A DNA stretch of 63,199 nt, counting the filler, from Choristocarpus tenellus KU-1152 (taxonomy: Eukaryota; Protista; Phaeophyceae): NCBI GenBank assembly GCA_964200185.2. It is 10 parts of 10 records of this genome, joined end to end, with 100 filler letters (N's around TTAATTAATTAA, not from the genome) between each part and the next. Parts side by side here need not be neighbours in the genome. Positions count along the whole stretch, not along the records: positions 48,098 to 51,282 come from CAXNAD020021694.1; positions 51,383 to 57,311 come from CAXNAD020009384.1; positions 57,412 to 60,159 come from CAXNAD020025084.1; positions 60,260 to 63,199 come from CAXNAD020023499.1; 6 more parts are not named here. One strand, 5' to 3'. Position 1 is the stretch's first letter, and the number at the start of each line of letters is the position of its first letter. Shown here piece by piece: positions 48,001-60,324 of the stretch. The position numbers and the translations under genes were made by a program. The notes beneath the pieces are model-generated. The model saw nothing but the letters and a program-made list of their open reading frames with translations, had not been told where the DNA came from and made no database searches.

Positions 48001-50399
48001 NNNNNNNNNNNNNNNNNNNNNNNNNNNNNNNNNNNNNNNNNTTAATTAATTAANNNNNNNNNNNNNNNNNNNNNNNNNNNNNNNNNNNNNNNNNNNNGCA
48101 TACAATTTGTGCGCCTTCCTTTCCAATCTTCCCGGTTATATAAATGCAAGTGCTATCAAGGATTAGACTTATATCATTCATGACCTACACAGCATCTGAT
48201 TATTGCCTGTCCTATGCCCCCCATGCACAAAGCATACTCAATGCTGCTAGTGTGCAAACAGGCAATGACAAAATTTAAGATAAATAAATAAAGAGGGGTC
48301 GATGAGAGCAGCAAATAGTACTACAATAAGAACAAATAGAGAGAAACAAAATAAATGAAAATAGTGAGGATGATGAGGGTAACAAAGTGGAAACTGAAGT
48401 GCAAATAAAATAAAATAAAAGGAAAAAAAGTAAAAGGAAAAAAAGAAAAGAAAAACTCTCAGTAAATAAGGAGAGTAACAACTATGAAAAGAAAATGAAA
48501 TTAAAAATCATGGGATGATGGGATGAGACTAAAAATAAATAAACATTAGAAAAAAGTAAGGATTCAAGATCACAGAGAATTGTTACAAAATAGAAAAGAG
48601 GAAGAAAAAAAAGTAGTGAGTTCAGTGTTTTTATTTTCCAAGAACTTCAACCTATACAACCAATGTGTAATACTGTGTGCTCTAATGTGGGCAGCTTCAT
48701 TTTAACTTCTGCTGTCTCACATCCCTTTCAGTTACTTGTGATTTTCAATGCTTTAATCTCTTGTTCTAGCATGTACCAGCTGAACCTCACCTCGTCCTTC
48801 AGGCATACAGTTGTTACCTGCTGGGAGGTTTTCTGGAGGAGGCACTCATCTCTCTCCTGCTGAATTCCTCCTTACCTCCATTCTTTAACCATACCCCCCA
48901 GTGGGGTGACTTGAACTCAAAAACTGAACCTTGTCCTACCAGTCTCTTCAGCTTTCATCCATCCAAAATGTTTGACACTAGTACCTAGAGGGAAGAGACG
49001 TAACACATCCTCTCGAGGCAAGAGTTGTTCTTGGGTGGGAACATTAGTTGTACATGGTCTTGTGTTAGGGTTGTGAAGGTCCTAGAAGGCATGATAAACA
49101 TCGAACTGTAGTAAGGTAAAGCTGTTCATTTCTTCTGTTTAGTTACCTAGTCTAACAACTATCCATCTTAGGACTTTCCTTTGTACTACAATGCCATTTG
49201 CTAAGGTCTGAAAAGGGTACATTGTTACCGCTCGATCTGGGTGTTGGAATGTTGACAAGAGGTACCCATGGTGGCAGCTGTGATGGTTGGGAGCATTGGC
49301 CTTCTCTAAATGGCAGTTCACTCTAGTGTTGTCGACAAAATGTTGTACCTAAAAATAATTTTGTATGGCAGCCCCACCACTATCCTAAAAGTCATGTTGC
49401 GCACTTTTTCCTCTGGGGCTATTACAAGTTTGCATGACCTCGGTACCAGCACAATTAGAATATTGCACCCTCTGAGGTTTGCTGTATTTAAGGTACTTTT
49501 GCTTGCCATGTTGAGCTATGGTAAGCAATTTTCACAAAAATAGATGAGACCTGCACCTATGTCAAGGAGTACCTGGGCAAGCATTCTTTAGTGGACTCTA
49601 CGTGAGTGACATGGCAGGGCATATATTGATACTTGACTAGTACAATGGTCAGTGTCACGGCGAATATTATCGAGGTGGGAATGAACGTCTTGTCTATAGT
49701 TGGAATGACATGGATCGCCGGGGCTTCGGACTCCATGGCGCAACTTCAAGACGACTCTGCAACGTCCGAAACGGTTGGGCTTCTCGCAGATAGTGGAGAA
49801 AGTTTCGAGTATTGCATCGCTGGTAGGTATCGGAGATTCTTTTCTATTATGGCTACCATCGTACGAGATACTGCAGTAGATTGAGTATCAGGAGATCCTT
49901 GGTGGGTTCCCGAAAGGTATGAGTGGATTCCTATGGGAACTAACGAGTGACATTTCGTATACCTGCACTCATCAGTTTTAGACGTAAAGCAGTCTTGACT
50001 ACAAGCATGATGAAAGCAAACTTGGTGTGCCTTCAGCCATATGTCGACTTCGTCTTGTTGAGGTAGAAGATGGAGGTATGCCTTTGCCCAAATCGTGCCG
50101 ACTTCTATCGTTCGCCCTGTCTGTGGCTAAAGCAGGTAGGGATCAAAGCACAGGCTGGGAAAAGGATGTGACTGATCGAACGGGTTTTGGTGCCTTGCTT
50201 TTTTGGGGGGGGGAACGAACGAGGTACTGTGCTTGCTGGGAACGGAAGAAGGTTCGGTATTTAAGGCTGCACAGACAGAGGGCGAGGGTTTCTCGGTTAA
50301 AACAGGTTGAAGCATCGGTGCAAGGGCTGCCAGTACACGGTTGACAACTTCTCTGTATAAAAGTGAAGATTGGCTTGATACCTATTCGTGCATGGAAGT

Positions 50400-51282
50400 C
50401 CTGTTGCGGTGATACAGTCCTTGTTTCTGCCTGACGATCAGGGTTTCGACTGAGGCAGCGCAAGGGTGTGACATGCAAGCAAACAAGCGCCTCTACCACC
50501 TAGCCAAAATTATTTAAGTCTCCATCTTGTATAATGTAGGTTTTGCAGCATTTTTGATGGGCTGGGATAAATCGTTCACTTCGATTGAATAACTCTTTTA
50601 TGAAATCAATAATCCGTTATGGTTGAATTCGACGGTTTACTATCTCGTTCCCCAAAGGATTACTATTCGAAAATCTTAGTGGGTGAATTTGGCTTTTAAT
50701 CTGTAGAGAAAAAATACAATACATAATATATATTAGAGAAGAGAGATTCATTTGGTATAGGCAGGAGTTGGGCTTGTTTGTACAAATCAACATGTCGATC
50801 GTCACCTATATATCCCCCCCCAAACGAGCCTTGCATATATGTGGCATTCGCAAGTCTACCGTATACGCTCGATAGTGGAAAGCTGGGGTATGGTCGCAGC
50901 CTTCCGCGTTACACCTTTCTCTCAAAAAAAAAAAAAACGCATGGCAACCTTCAACACGATTTTGGCTCGCCATCCAAAAAAGGGTGCATTCTCTCACCGA
51001 AATATGAACCCATCCATTGCTGTAACATCGTCTCAACGGGCCTGTAAGAGCTGTCCTTTGATGCGTGGGACATCGATTGCAGACGAAGCACCTGAAAGAA
51101 CCGCTGTGTGTCCTAAGAAAGTTGGGCAAGAGTCTTCGACGAGCTCAATGTGGAAAGGGGTGAAGTTGTTGATGCGTGGACGCGATGCATAAACAGGTTG
51201 AGCCGTCCCGACTGCTGCAAGAGATCTCGTAAAGTCTGGCCTTGGGCAGGAACATCTTCGAATCACTGATTCCCAGCGAAAC
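50400..51282 (-). mobile_element. Degenerate repeat family copy, probably a non-LTR (LINE) reverse transcriptase relic
   Basis: Homologous to 57412..58300 (same orientation) and ~52150..52900 (inverted). Broken minus-strand frames give GTAQ...LLQAR*DDVTA, loosely like the RT GxxQG and YADD motifs. Many stops and frameshifts. Confidence 0.5.
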
Positions 51283-52149
51283 NNNNNNNNNNNNNNNNNN
51301 NNNNNNNNNNNNNNNNNNNNNNNNNNTTAATTAATTAANNNNNNNNNNNNNNNNNNNNNNNNNNNNNNNNNNNNNNNNNNNNCCCCCCCAGATACTTTGG
51401 CCCGAAAAGGTTGTCTCCAACCCCTATGTTGTGACATTGCTTAGGTAACTATTTCTCGCCATCCATAAACTAACGTTCCTGGGTCTTTGCATCACGTTGT
51501 TCATTCTTATTACAGGTCGGCAGACATGCCTGGCTCACAGAGTCTGCCGGGAATCAATGAATCGGAGAGGTACCCCAACCCAGCGCCACACCTCACGATA
51601 ATTCCTGCAGCAGTCGTGGTCGCTCCCCTGAACACAGAAGCAAGTAAAAAGAGTGTGTCAATTTCTGGTCCTTCACTAGTAGTAGATCCCGTTCCAGGTC
51701 GAGATCCCAAGACACAGGCACTCCGAACAAGACTCACGGAGAAGGAGAGACGAGCACACAGCCAGAGCCCGTTCACTAGGACATCGCAGCCGAGCCAGAG
51801 ATTCCTCACCAAGCAGGTCTGTCCTTGCCAAGGACCACCAGAAAGAAAGCATGGTTACGATTAGTCGTCACTGGGAGGTGGAAGCACAGCTCAGAAGCAA
51901 AATTAATATGCTACATGAACAACCAGAGTTGAATCAGTCTATTTTTGGCAGACAAGAGAGAGATAGAACTATATCCGCAACCTAGATAGGTGCTATCATC
52001 TGATTGCATGCATCAAAACCATGGGGAACACATTCGCAGGAAGCTCGGGGATCCGACCAAAGGCCCCATTTTTCAGGGGGTATCAGCAGATAACTCAGTC
52101 CCCACCAACTCTAATAATCCTGCCTTCTTCGCTGACACTCTCACTAAGG

Positions 52150-52900
52150 CTCTCAGGAGATTTCAGGAAGGGAAGTGGGCCTTACCCAACGATCAGTCTA
52201 GGAACCATTGCGCATCGCGTCCGAGCAGTGACATCCTAGCACCTTTCCGCTTCAAGCTCCTCGAAAACTCTTGTCTGACTCTCTTAGGACACACAACGAT
52301 TTTCTGAGCGACTCTTCTATAATCAAGGTCCCGAGTATCACAGGGCAGCTCTTACAGGTTCCTCAAGATGACATAACAGCAACCGAGTGGGTCTGCATTT
52401 TGGTGAGAGAACGCACCCCTTCTAATAGCTAGTCGAAAAACGCCGTAAAAGTCACCATGTGAATCGTTTGAAGACAGAGAAGGAAAAGCCATGGAGGACT
52501 GCGGCCAACCATCTGGTTTTACACTACCGTGCGTGTACCATAGACTCAAGGATGCCTCATATTTGTGAAGCTCCTTTTTTTCTGGAGATTTATCCTTGAT
52601 GATAAACTCATTGACTTGTGTGAAAGAACCCTCACAATTCTACTCCCTAATGTCCTAAACCAAAATAGGAGTTCAAACCATGGCATTATCCTTCAGAAAA
52701 TAAACAAAAATTCAAATTTGTCCACTGGCAATTTCCCAGGATAATCCTTTGGGAAACGAAACGGTGAAAAGGGGAATCAAACCCAAATGGATCTTTGATG
52801 ATTTAATAGAGGAATTGTCCAACAAAAGCCACCAATGCACCTTTTTTCGGCTAACTCAAATGTTACAAAAACTTGAGCTGCATAGGGGTGAGATTCATAC
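52150..52900 (+). mobile_element. Inverted, more diverged copy of the same degenerate LINE-like repeat
   Basis: aactcttgtctgactctcttaggacacac and cctttgggaaacgaaacggtgaaa match reverse complements within 50600-51200 and 57650-58200. Confidence 0.5.
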
Positions 52901-53049
52901 TGAACTGGGTCGGACAGCAATCACGCTTTTGGGGTCCAATCGGTAATGTGGTTGGTGCTGCAAATATCATCCATGGAAAATCAATTTGAGGTTCAAGTAA
53001 ACTTAAGTACGAAGGAGGAAGCCATCCTCTCAATTCTTGACGTCATTTT

Positions 53050-53251
53050 TGTGTGTGTATTTGTTGTGTGTGTGAGCAGAATGGTAGGTAGTACTTTAAT
53101 GGAAAGAGGTATATTATAGGTATTTGATAAGTGCAAAATGAGAGGTCCTATGTGTGTGTATTTGTTGTGTGTGTGAGCAGAATGGTAGGTAGTACTTTAA
53201 TGGAAAAAGGTACATTATAAATACTTGATAAGCGCAAAATGAGAGGTCCTA
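53050..53251. repeat. Tandem duplication, 2 x 101 bp, including the last 8 nt of tRNA-Gln and its 3' trailer
   Basis: 53050..53150 and 53151..53251 both end in caaaatgagAGGTCCTA, with a few substitutions. Confidence 0.92.
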
Positions 53252-53315
53252 CCGAGACTCGAACTCGGGGCGTGAGATTCAGAGTCTCAAGTGTTACCGA
53301 CTACACCATAAGACC
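53244..53315 (-). tRNA. tRNA-Gln(CTG)
   Basis: GGTCTTATGGTGTAGTCGGTAACACTTGAGACTCTGAATCTCACGCCCCGAGTTCGAGTCTCGGTAGGACCT folds into a cloverleaf with anticodon CTG. TTTT follows 4 nt downstream. Confidence 0.95.
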
Positions 53316-53336
53316 ACTCCCGCTGAGAAAGTAACA

Positions 53337-53676
53337 GAAGAACAATATAAACTCAACACCTTTGCGATGGAAAGTTTTGGGCGCCTGAGCAAACAAGCGG
53401 AATGCTTCCTGGATGAGCTGGCTGCTCGCATGGTAGGGGGGAGAGGAACTGGAGGATATAGCAGGAAAGGATTAGTTAAATCCCGGCTAAGCCAAATTGT
53501 CTCGGTAACTACTCAAGTGGCACTAGACATGCCATGCGTTTTAAGCTGGAATCACCAGGGAGGTGGGCACAGAGGGGTTTGTTGGATTCTTGGGATGCCT
53601 CCCTAGCTCCTCCCGGGGCACAGGTATAGGTAGATTGGAGACACAGGAAAGCAGTAATACAACATAGATAGTGGTG
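53337..53676 (+). mobile_element. 5'-truncated non-LTR retrotransposon of RLE (CRE-like) type: C-terminal endonuclease fragment plus 3' UTR, candidate 8-bp TSD AAGTAACA
   Basis: YKLNTFAMESFGRLSKQAECFLDELA...RLSQIVSVTTQVA resembles the conserved F(A/V)xE(S/T)FGRL...FL..LA...(I/V)SVxxQ tail of CRE-clade RLE domains. AAGTAACA lies at 53329..53336 and 53677..53684. Confidence 0.7.
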
Positions 53677-55688
53677 AAGTAACAAATGGATTAGGGCTTT
53701 TCACATTTATGGCATTTAATTTCTTTAGGGATTATACTGACAATGCGTATAGTTTTCATTTGTTCCCCCCCTGACACATCTGCAAAATGTCAGAAGGCAT
53801 GATGATAAAAATAATATAAATCTACAAAATAGGTAGTAAATTCTATTTCGAATACTTCAGTCGGTACCACTAAATATTATAAAATAATATATCAGCGTAC
53901 GAAAAATAGTAGAAAAATCGTTGGGATAAATCAGAGATTTTGGCAACAAGGACTGAATGTTTCCCCACAATTTTCTCTCCTACTCAAAAGAAATCTGTGG
54001 CTCTTAGTAGGAGTGATGGGTCGTATAGTTGGAGGTGTTACGTATTTATAGTCAGTGGCCAGCACCCAACACATAGTCCGCGGACATTACCCACAATTGA
54101 AGGATGGGTTACATTTCTGTAAGGGGTGTAGCAGGATACTATACAACCTATGTGTGTATGCTGAACCTCTACACACGCAAGGATTTAATCAGGCCTTTTG
54201 TGGAGGACTCAATCTCTATATTCTGAAGGAGGGTAAAGACAGACAGGACTCAGGTGTTAAGTTAAGGTCAAAACCAGCCTTCCAACCCCGAACACTAGAG
54301 AGGTGTTTCGTATCACCCCATGATGTCCCTCTGACATAAATCATTTAAGAGGTTAGGGCTGCGTCCGTTTGGAGTCATTAATCAATGTTGGCGATCATCA
54401 ATCCAATGTTGCGATTTTGATTAACCTGGGCATCGTGCTTGTTCGCAAGTGTCAATATCCTTTGCTCCGAACACATCTTTCACAATTGTTACAGCGTGCC
54501 CCTCAGAACTCACCTCCACAGGATGTACAACTCAAATTCAACGAACTTAAAACGACGATATGGGGGCGTTGCCCTTGATAACAGTTTGTAGGGTGTCAGG
54601 TGTCTTCTCTTCTTGATATTCCACTCATTGCTTAGCTCAAAGCTCGACTCAAAGTTTCGTTCAAGATAATAAGTAAGGACTGGAGGAAAAAAGGGGTCAA
54701 GGTGTTTAACCAAAAGCCCTCTTATTATTTTCATCATCCACCCAATTTCTTTGGTCTTCTATGCAGCTGCTCTACACGTACTCCAATCATAACCTTTATT
54801 CTGCAACTTCTTAGGGACTTTAACATTTTCTTCTGTAGTGTTATATATGCATTCCGAATCTTACTCTGTATCTTCTATGAAATCATAATTTATTCTGTAA
54901 GGCTACCTATGTGTTACTAATATCGTATATTGTTCGCACTTGTTAAAACGCGAGGAACAATCCTCTCACTATACGTCTGTCACAAATGTTCGTGATTGCT
55001 AAAACATGAGAAGAAATGCTTGCGCTATTCACGGGTAACAAATGCCTGCACTTCGTTGGAACACAAGAAGAAATGCTCGTGCTATTCACCTGTAACACAA
55101 TCGTATACATTTTGGTAACTGTGTTCACACACAAAACCGAAAAAGAGCATCAATAAAACGTGGGGAGCCAAGCCCCAAACAGACAAAGAGGGCAAAACTC
55201 CTACCCTCTAAATGCTCTGACTATCTTACTGGAGGAAATGGCAACCATATATACTACCATTGTATTGTAAAAAAAAAACACTCGGGCAGAGCCCCTAAAC
55301 AGGCAGGGGACAGTTTATGTTCACTGAGCACTTTGCACAGTAGACCACTACGCTGCCGTTCAAAGGAAATCCACAAGTCTGTCGCCGACATGAATGCACT
55401 GATCATATTAGGTATTACAGGTACGCAGTGTATTTGGTACCCCCTAGTATGACGGTATAATTATCAAAAATGTGCAAAATATTCGTACTTATCACTAAAT
55501 ATTGTTTATATTGTTATGCCCACTGATTATTTGTAGATGTGTCGAGAGAGGAAAAAGACTAAATCAAGTCCACAAAAAATCTCTTCAAAAGTAGTCACCT
55601 TCAAAAAAATCATGAAAACTTTAGACGCAAAACAGTGTGTATCTATCTGTACATATCATTGCACCGCCCTTCTGTTACAGCACGCTCC

Positions 55689-55867
55689 AGCTCCAAAGTA
55701 TCTGGGGGAGGGAGGGATCTACACCAGGGTGTCCATTTGGGCCGTAACCAGGAAACGTGCACCTACATTATACATCCGACGCATGTAACTAAATCACCCA
55801 AAAATCGCAAGATGAAAAAATTGACCCCAAATGGACAACCGCCACCCCCACCCAGATACTTTGAGCC
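55689..55867. mobile_element. MITE family A copy (about 180 bp)
   Basis: ccaaagtatctggggg...cccagatactttgagcc, with TCC on both flanks. Confidence 0.75.
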
Positions 55868-56531
55868 TCCAGAAGCTTATGGAAAATGCTGATGCTCGCA
55901 CGGGCCTCTCAGGATACTTAAACAGTCCTGAGGAATCCATCACACATCAGGCTAGTCGAACGTCAGCTCAGCAAAACATGGGGTACTTCTCATTTTTGAT
56001 CATCAATGGATAATTAGCATCACGGAAAATATCTGTTTAGAAGCCTGTTTATAGAGTTTATAAAACAACGCTCTATATTTCTTTTAGTATCATCTGCTGT
56101 TTGTTTGTTTTGGTAGACAGAAGTTGGAATACACCTGAAACCGTTGTGACATTCCAAAGTTACAGATCTTACTCTGCAACCTTTAGCAAAACGGAGTTCC
56201 TCTCTATAAGGTTCCCCACACGTGTATACTGCTCGCGCTCGTTAGAACACGAGAAGAAATACTCGCGTTATTTGCCTGTAACACTTTCTCCATTAATAAA
56301 GATCTACATACAAAAGAGTCGGTTGTCGCAGGAGTTTAAACCCAAGAAAATTGTGAAGGTAGTATCAAAATGACAATGGTTTTTTTGTACTACGTGGTAT
56401 TACTAAAGCTATCATATCTTGGGTTTTTACTTCTTTATGGACAGTAATTATATTGTGCCACAGGTACCTACATATAAGATATCTACCTACTCATAGGAAA
56501 ATCGTTTGGGAGTTCGCCACAATCTTGCAAG

Positions 56532-56795
56532 GAGTGACAGTACCTTAGAGGGCCCAAGTATTGCCCTGTTTGTCCGTTTGGGGCTTGACTTTCCACGGGT
56601 ATTTTACGATATTTTAGCTACTCTGGAACATTTCAGAGTAGGTAAAATATATACATTATGAAAAGGTGTGTCCCGAACAAGGATATGACACTCACTCCTT
56701 AACAAAAACACGATAGCCAAAAATTACATCAAAATCGCACATTGGATTTTGGCACCCAAATGGATGTGGCTCTACCCTCTAAGATACTTTGACTC
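56532..56795. mobile_element. MITE family B copy
   Basis: gagtgacagtaccttagaggg...ccctctaagatactttgactc. Inverted homolog of 19047..19307. Confidence 0.75.
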
Positions 56796-57411
56796 AAATC
56801 CTCGCTGACATTTGCAGATGGAATGAAGGGGTCCGGTAGATCTTGACTATAATAACACCAAACACCATCCGCATTTCCTTTTACCTCCGTAGTCCAAGGA
56901 TTTCGCCAAATATAATCGAGCGGATCATTGGTCCATTACCTTATTTTTATATTGTAAATGTATATATTGTCTTGTAAGGCCCTGGAATGTGATGCCTTCA
57001 TTAGTTAAGAATTCGCTCTTGACCACTTCGAAGGTCGAAGTAATCCACAAACCCCAAAGTTGCACATACATGCACATTTACCTCGGTCGTTTGTTTCTGA
57101 GGGAGAAATGGACGAGGCACAGCCTCACCTCTGCTACCCAGGCACAGACCTCCCCCTGCCCCTTTCTTCTTGGTGGTGCTGGATAAGTGGTCATAGCTAC
57201 CATGTCTTTTCCTCATATTTTCCCCCGGGCACAGCCTCCCCTCTGACAGCCGATTTCAAAAATTGAGGATGGAGCTTTTAATTGAGGATGGGCTTGACCC
57301 AAAATTGACTGNNNNNNNNNNNNNNNNNNNNNNNNNNNNNNNNNNNNNNNNNNNNTTAATTAATTAANNNNNNNNNNNNNNNNNNNNNNNNNNNNNNNNN
57401 NNNNNNNNNNN

Positions 57412-58300
57412 CTATTGTGGTGATATAGTCCCAGTTTCTGCCTGACGATCGGGGTTTCGGCTGAGGCAGCGGAAGGGTATGACATGCTAGTAAACATAGG
57501 AAGCAGATCTATCATCAACCCAAAGGAGTCTTGAGTCTTCTCCGTATACAATACAACATTTTGGAGCATTTTGATTGGCTGGGAAAATGAGTATCGGTCG
57601 CTTCAATCGGATAATTCTCTTATGGGATCATCAATAATCCGTTCTACTTAAATTCGATGGTTTACCGTTTCAGTCTCCAAAGGATTACTCTAGGAAATTG
57701 CTAGTGGGTAAATTTGACTTCAATTTATTTCAAAGATAAATATATCCTATTTGTTTTGTAGCCATCAATTTGGTTAGGATGTTTGGGAGGAGAGTGCAGA
57801 GTTGTTACAAATCAATGAGATCTTCGCCAATGTATCCCTCCCAAATCAACTTCATATACATGAGGCATCCGCGAGTCCACGGTGTACGATCGATAGTGCA
57901 AAACTCGCCTATGGCCGCAGCCTTCCGAGTCACATGTTCCTCTCTCTTAAAAAATAAATAAATAACACATGGCAACCTTTACCACGAGTTTCGGCTGGCC
58001 ATGCAAAAAGAGTGTAATCACTCACCGAAATATGAACCACTCGGTTGCCGTTACGTCGTCTCAACGTAGGAGCTGTCTTTTGATGCGTGGGACATCGATT
58101 GCATGCACACTAAGTACCTGAAAGGACCGCTGTGTATACTAAGAAAGACAAGAGTTTTCCACGATATCAATGTGGAAAGAAGGTGAAGTTGTTGACGGGT
58201 GGACGAGATGCACAAACACGTTGATCCGTCACAACTGCTGTAAGAGTTCTTGCAGGTCTCGCCTTGGGCATGAAAATCTCCGAATCACTGATCTCTAGCG
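57412..58300 (-). mobile_element. Third copy of the degenerate LINE-like repeat
   Basis: Collinear with 50400..51282 (for example gtttctgcctgacgatc, ctcaccgaaatatgaacc, tgatgcgtgggacatcgattgca). Confidence 0.55.
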
Positions 58301-58697
58301 GATCCTGTGAAATAAAAGAACAGTGTCATAAACAGAAAAAAATAAGGAATGTGAGTGCAAAATAGGAAGGAAGAACTACAGAGGCAACGTCAATACATTG
58401 GCGGTCAGAAGCAAGTCATTATATGACTATACGCGAGTGATCTGGCGATCAGAGGCCAAATAATTTATGGCTAGAGAAGGGCGATTCCGTCACAAACAAA
58501 AAAGTCTTCAAAATCCTGAAGACGACGATGCCAAGGGGGAAAACAAGTGTACGAAAAATGGACATCACAAAACCAGGTCAAACAACTTAACAATCCAGGT
58601 AGAACAAGAAAGGAAATCAGGCGGGCGTGGAAAATTACAAAGAATCAGAAGCGTAAAGGTCATCCATAAGAAATACATTCAGCATATGAACAGAAGA

Positions 58698-59683
58698 TCG
58701 AAAGAGAGATGCCAGAACCTATAGATGTAAGGAAAAAGAAATGTTGTTGGACCTGGCTAGCTGTGGCACGGGAGGGAGTGGCCACGGAGATTAGACTGGG
58801 CAGTTGAAACGATAATCGTGCTTCTGTCCATGGGTCTGGTGTCGGGTTGAAAAATTATTCCTCCTAGGTGAGGGAGCTTGACTGGTGCAATCACAGCATA
58901 CCGACCGTATCTTGATGTGAGGGGTGTCTTGTCGTGCGTACTACTACCACTGCTACTGCTACTACTACTACTACTACTACCACTAGCACTACTACGACTG
59001 CACAAACACAAACACACACACACACATACGTAAAGTACTCTTATTAGTGGTAGTGGTCTTCGATTCTTCTGTGCAGGATGCCTGCAGTATGAGTGTTAGT
59101 CCTGATCACGAGGAATTTCAGATAGACGGCACCCATAGAGTTGATTGCATTGGTCGTTCATGTATTTTTGGTGTTGGCACCTGCAGCAAAAATACAAGCA
59201 AAAACAAATAGAGAGAGAAATGTGTCCTGTACCTGCTCTGTGCGTACGTAACTAGGAATGTATGTACGTAACTACGATGCACTATACTCGAGAGTAATGC
59301 AGCAGCAGTTACACAGTAAACGCCACGAACACGTACGCTTGCGTACTTGAATAGTGGTTGGTTGCCGTTGTTTTATTTTCGCGCTGACAACGACCACCCC
59401 CCTCCTTGGGCTGTTTTGTGGGCTGTGATGACCAGCAGGTCGAAAGAGAGATGCCAGAACCTATAGATGTAAGGAAAAAGAAATGTTGTTGGACCTGGCT
59501 AGCTGTGGCACGGGAGGGAGTGGCCACGGAGATTAGACTGGGCAGTTGAAACGATGATCCTGCTGCTTCTGTCCATGGGTCTGGTGTCGGGTTGAAACAT
59601 TATTCCTCCTAGGTGAGGGAGCTTGACTGGTGCAATGACAGCATACCGACCGTATCTTGATGTGTGTGGTGTCTTGTCGTGCG

Positions 59684-59725
<42 letters not shown>

Positions 59726-60159
59726 GACTGCACAAACACAAACACACACATACACACACGTAAAGTACTCTTATTAGTGGTAGTGTTCTTCGATTCTACT
59801 GTGCAGGATGCCTGCAGTATGAGTGTTAGTCCTGATCACGAGGAATTTCAGATAGACGGCACCCATAGAGTTGATTGCATTGGTCGTTCATGTATTTTTG
59901 GTGTTGGCACCTGCAGCAAAAATACAAGCAAAAACAAATAGAGAGAGAAATGTGTCCTGTACCTGCTCTGTGCGTACGTAACTAGGAATGTATGTACGTA
60001 ACTACGATGCACTATACTCGAGAGTAATGCAGCAGCAGTTACACAGTAAACGCCACGAACACGTACGCTTGCGTACTTGAATAGTGGTTGGTTGCCGTTG
60101 TTTTATTTTCGCGCTGACAACGACCACCCCCCTCCTTGGGCTGTTTTGTGGGCTGTGAT
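58698..60159. repeat. Tandem repeat, unit about 742 bp, two near-identical copies running into a gap; contains (CTA)n and (CA)n tracts
   Basis: tcgaaagagagatgccagaacc starts at 58698 and again at 59440. Confidence 0.95.
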
Positions 60160-60324
60160 NNNNNNNNNNNNNNNNNNNNNNNNNNNNNNNNNNNNNNNNN
60201 NNNTTAATTAATTAANNNNNNNNNNNNNNNNNNNNNNNNNNNNNNNNNNNNNNNNNNNNCCCCCCTTCTTCCCTCCTAAAACAACTTAACCCACTGGAAC
60301 AAAAAAAAAAACACATGTGCGTAC

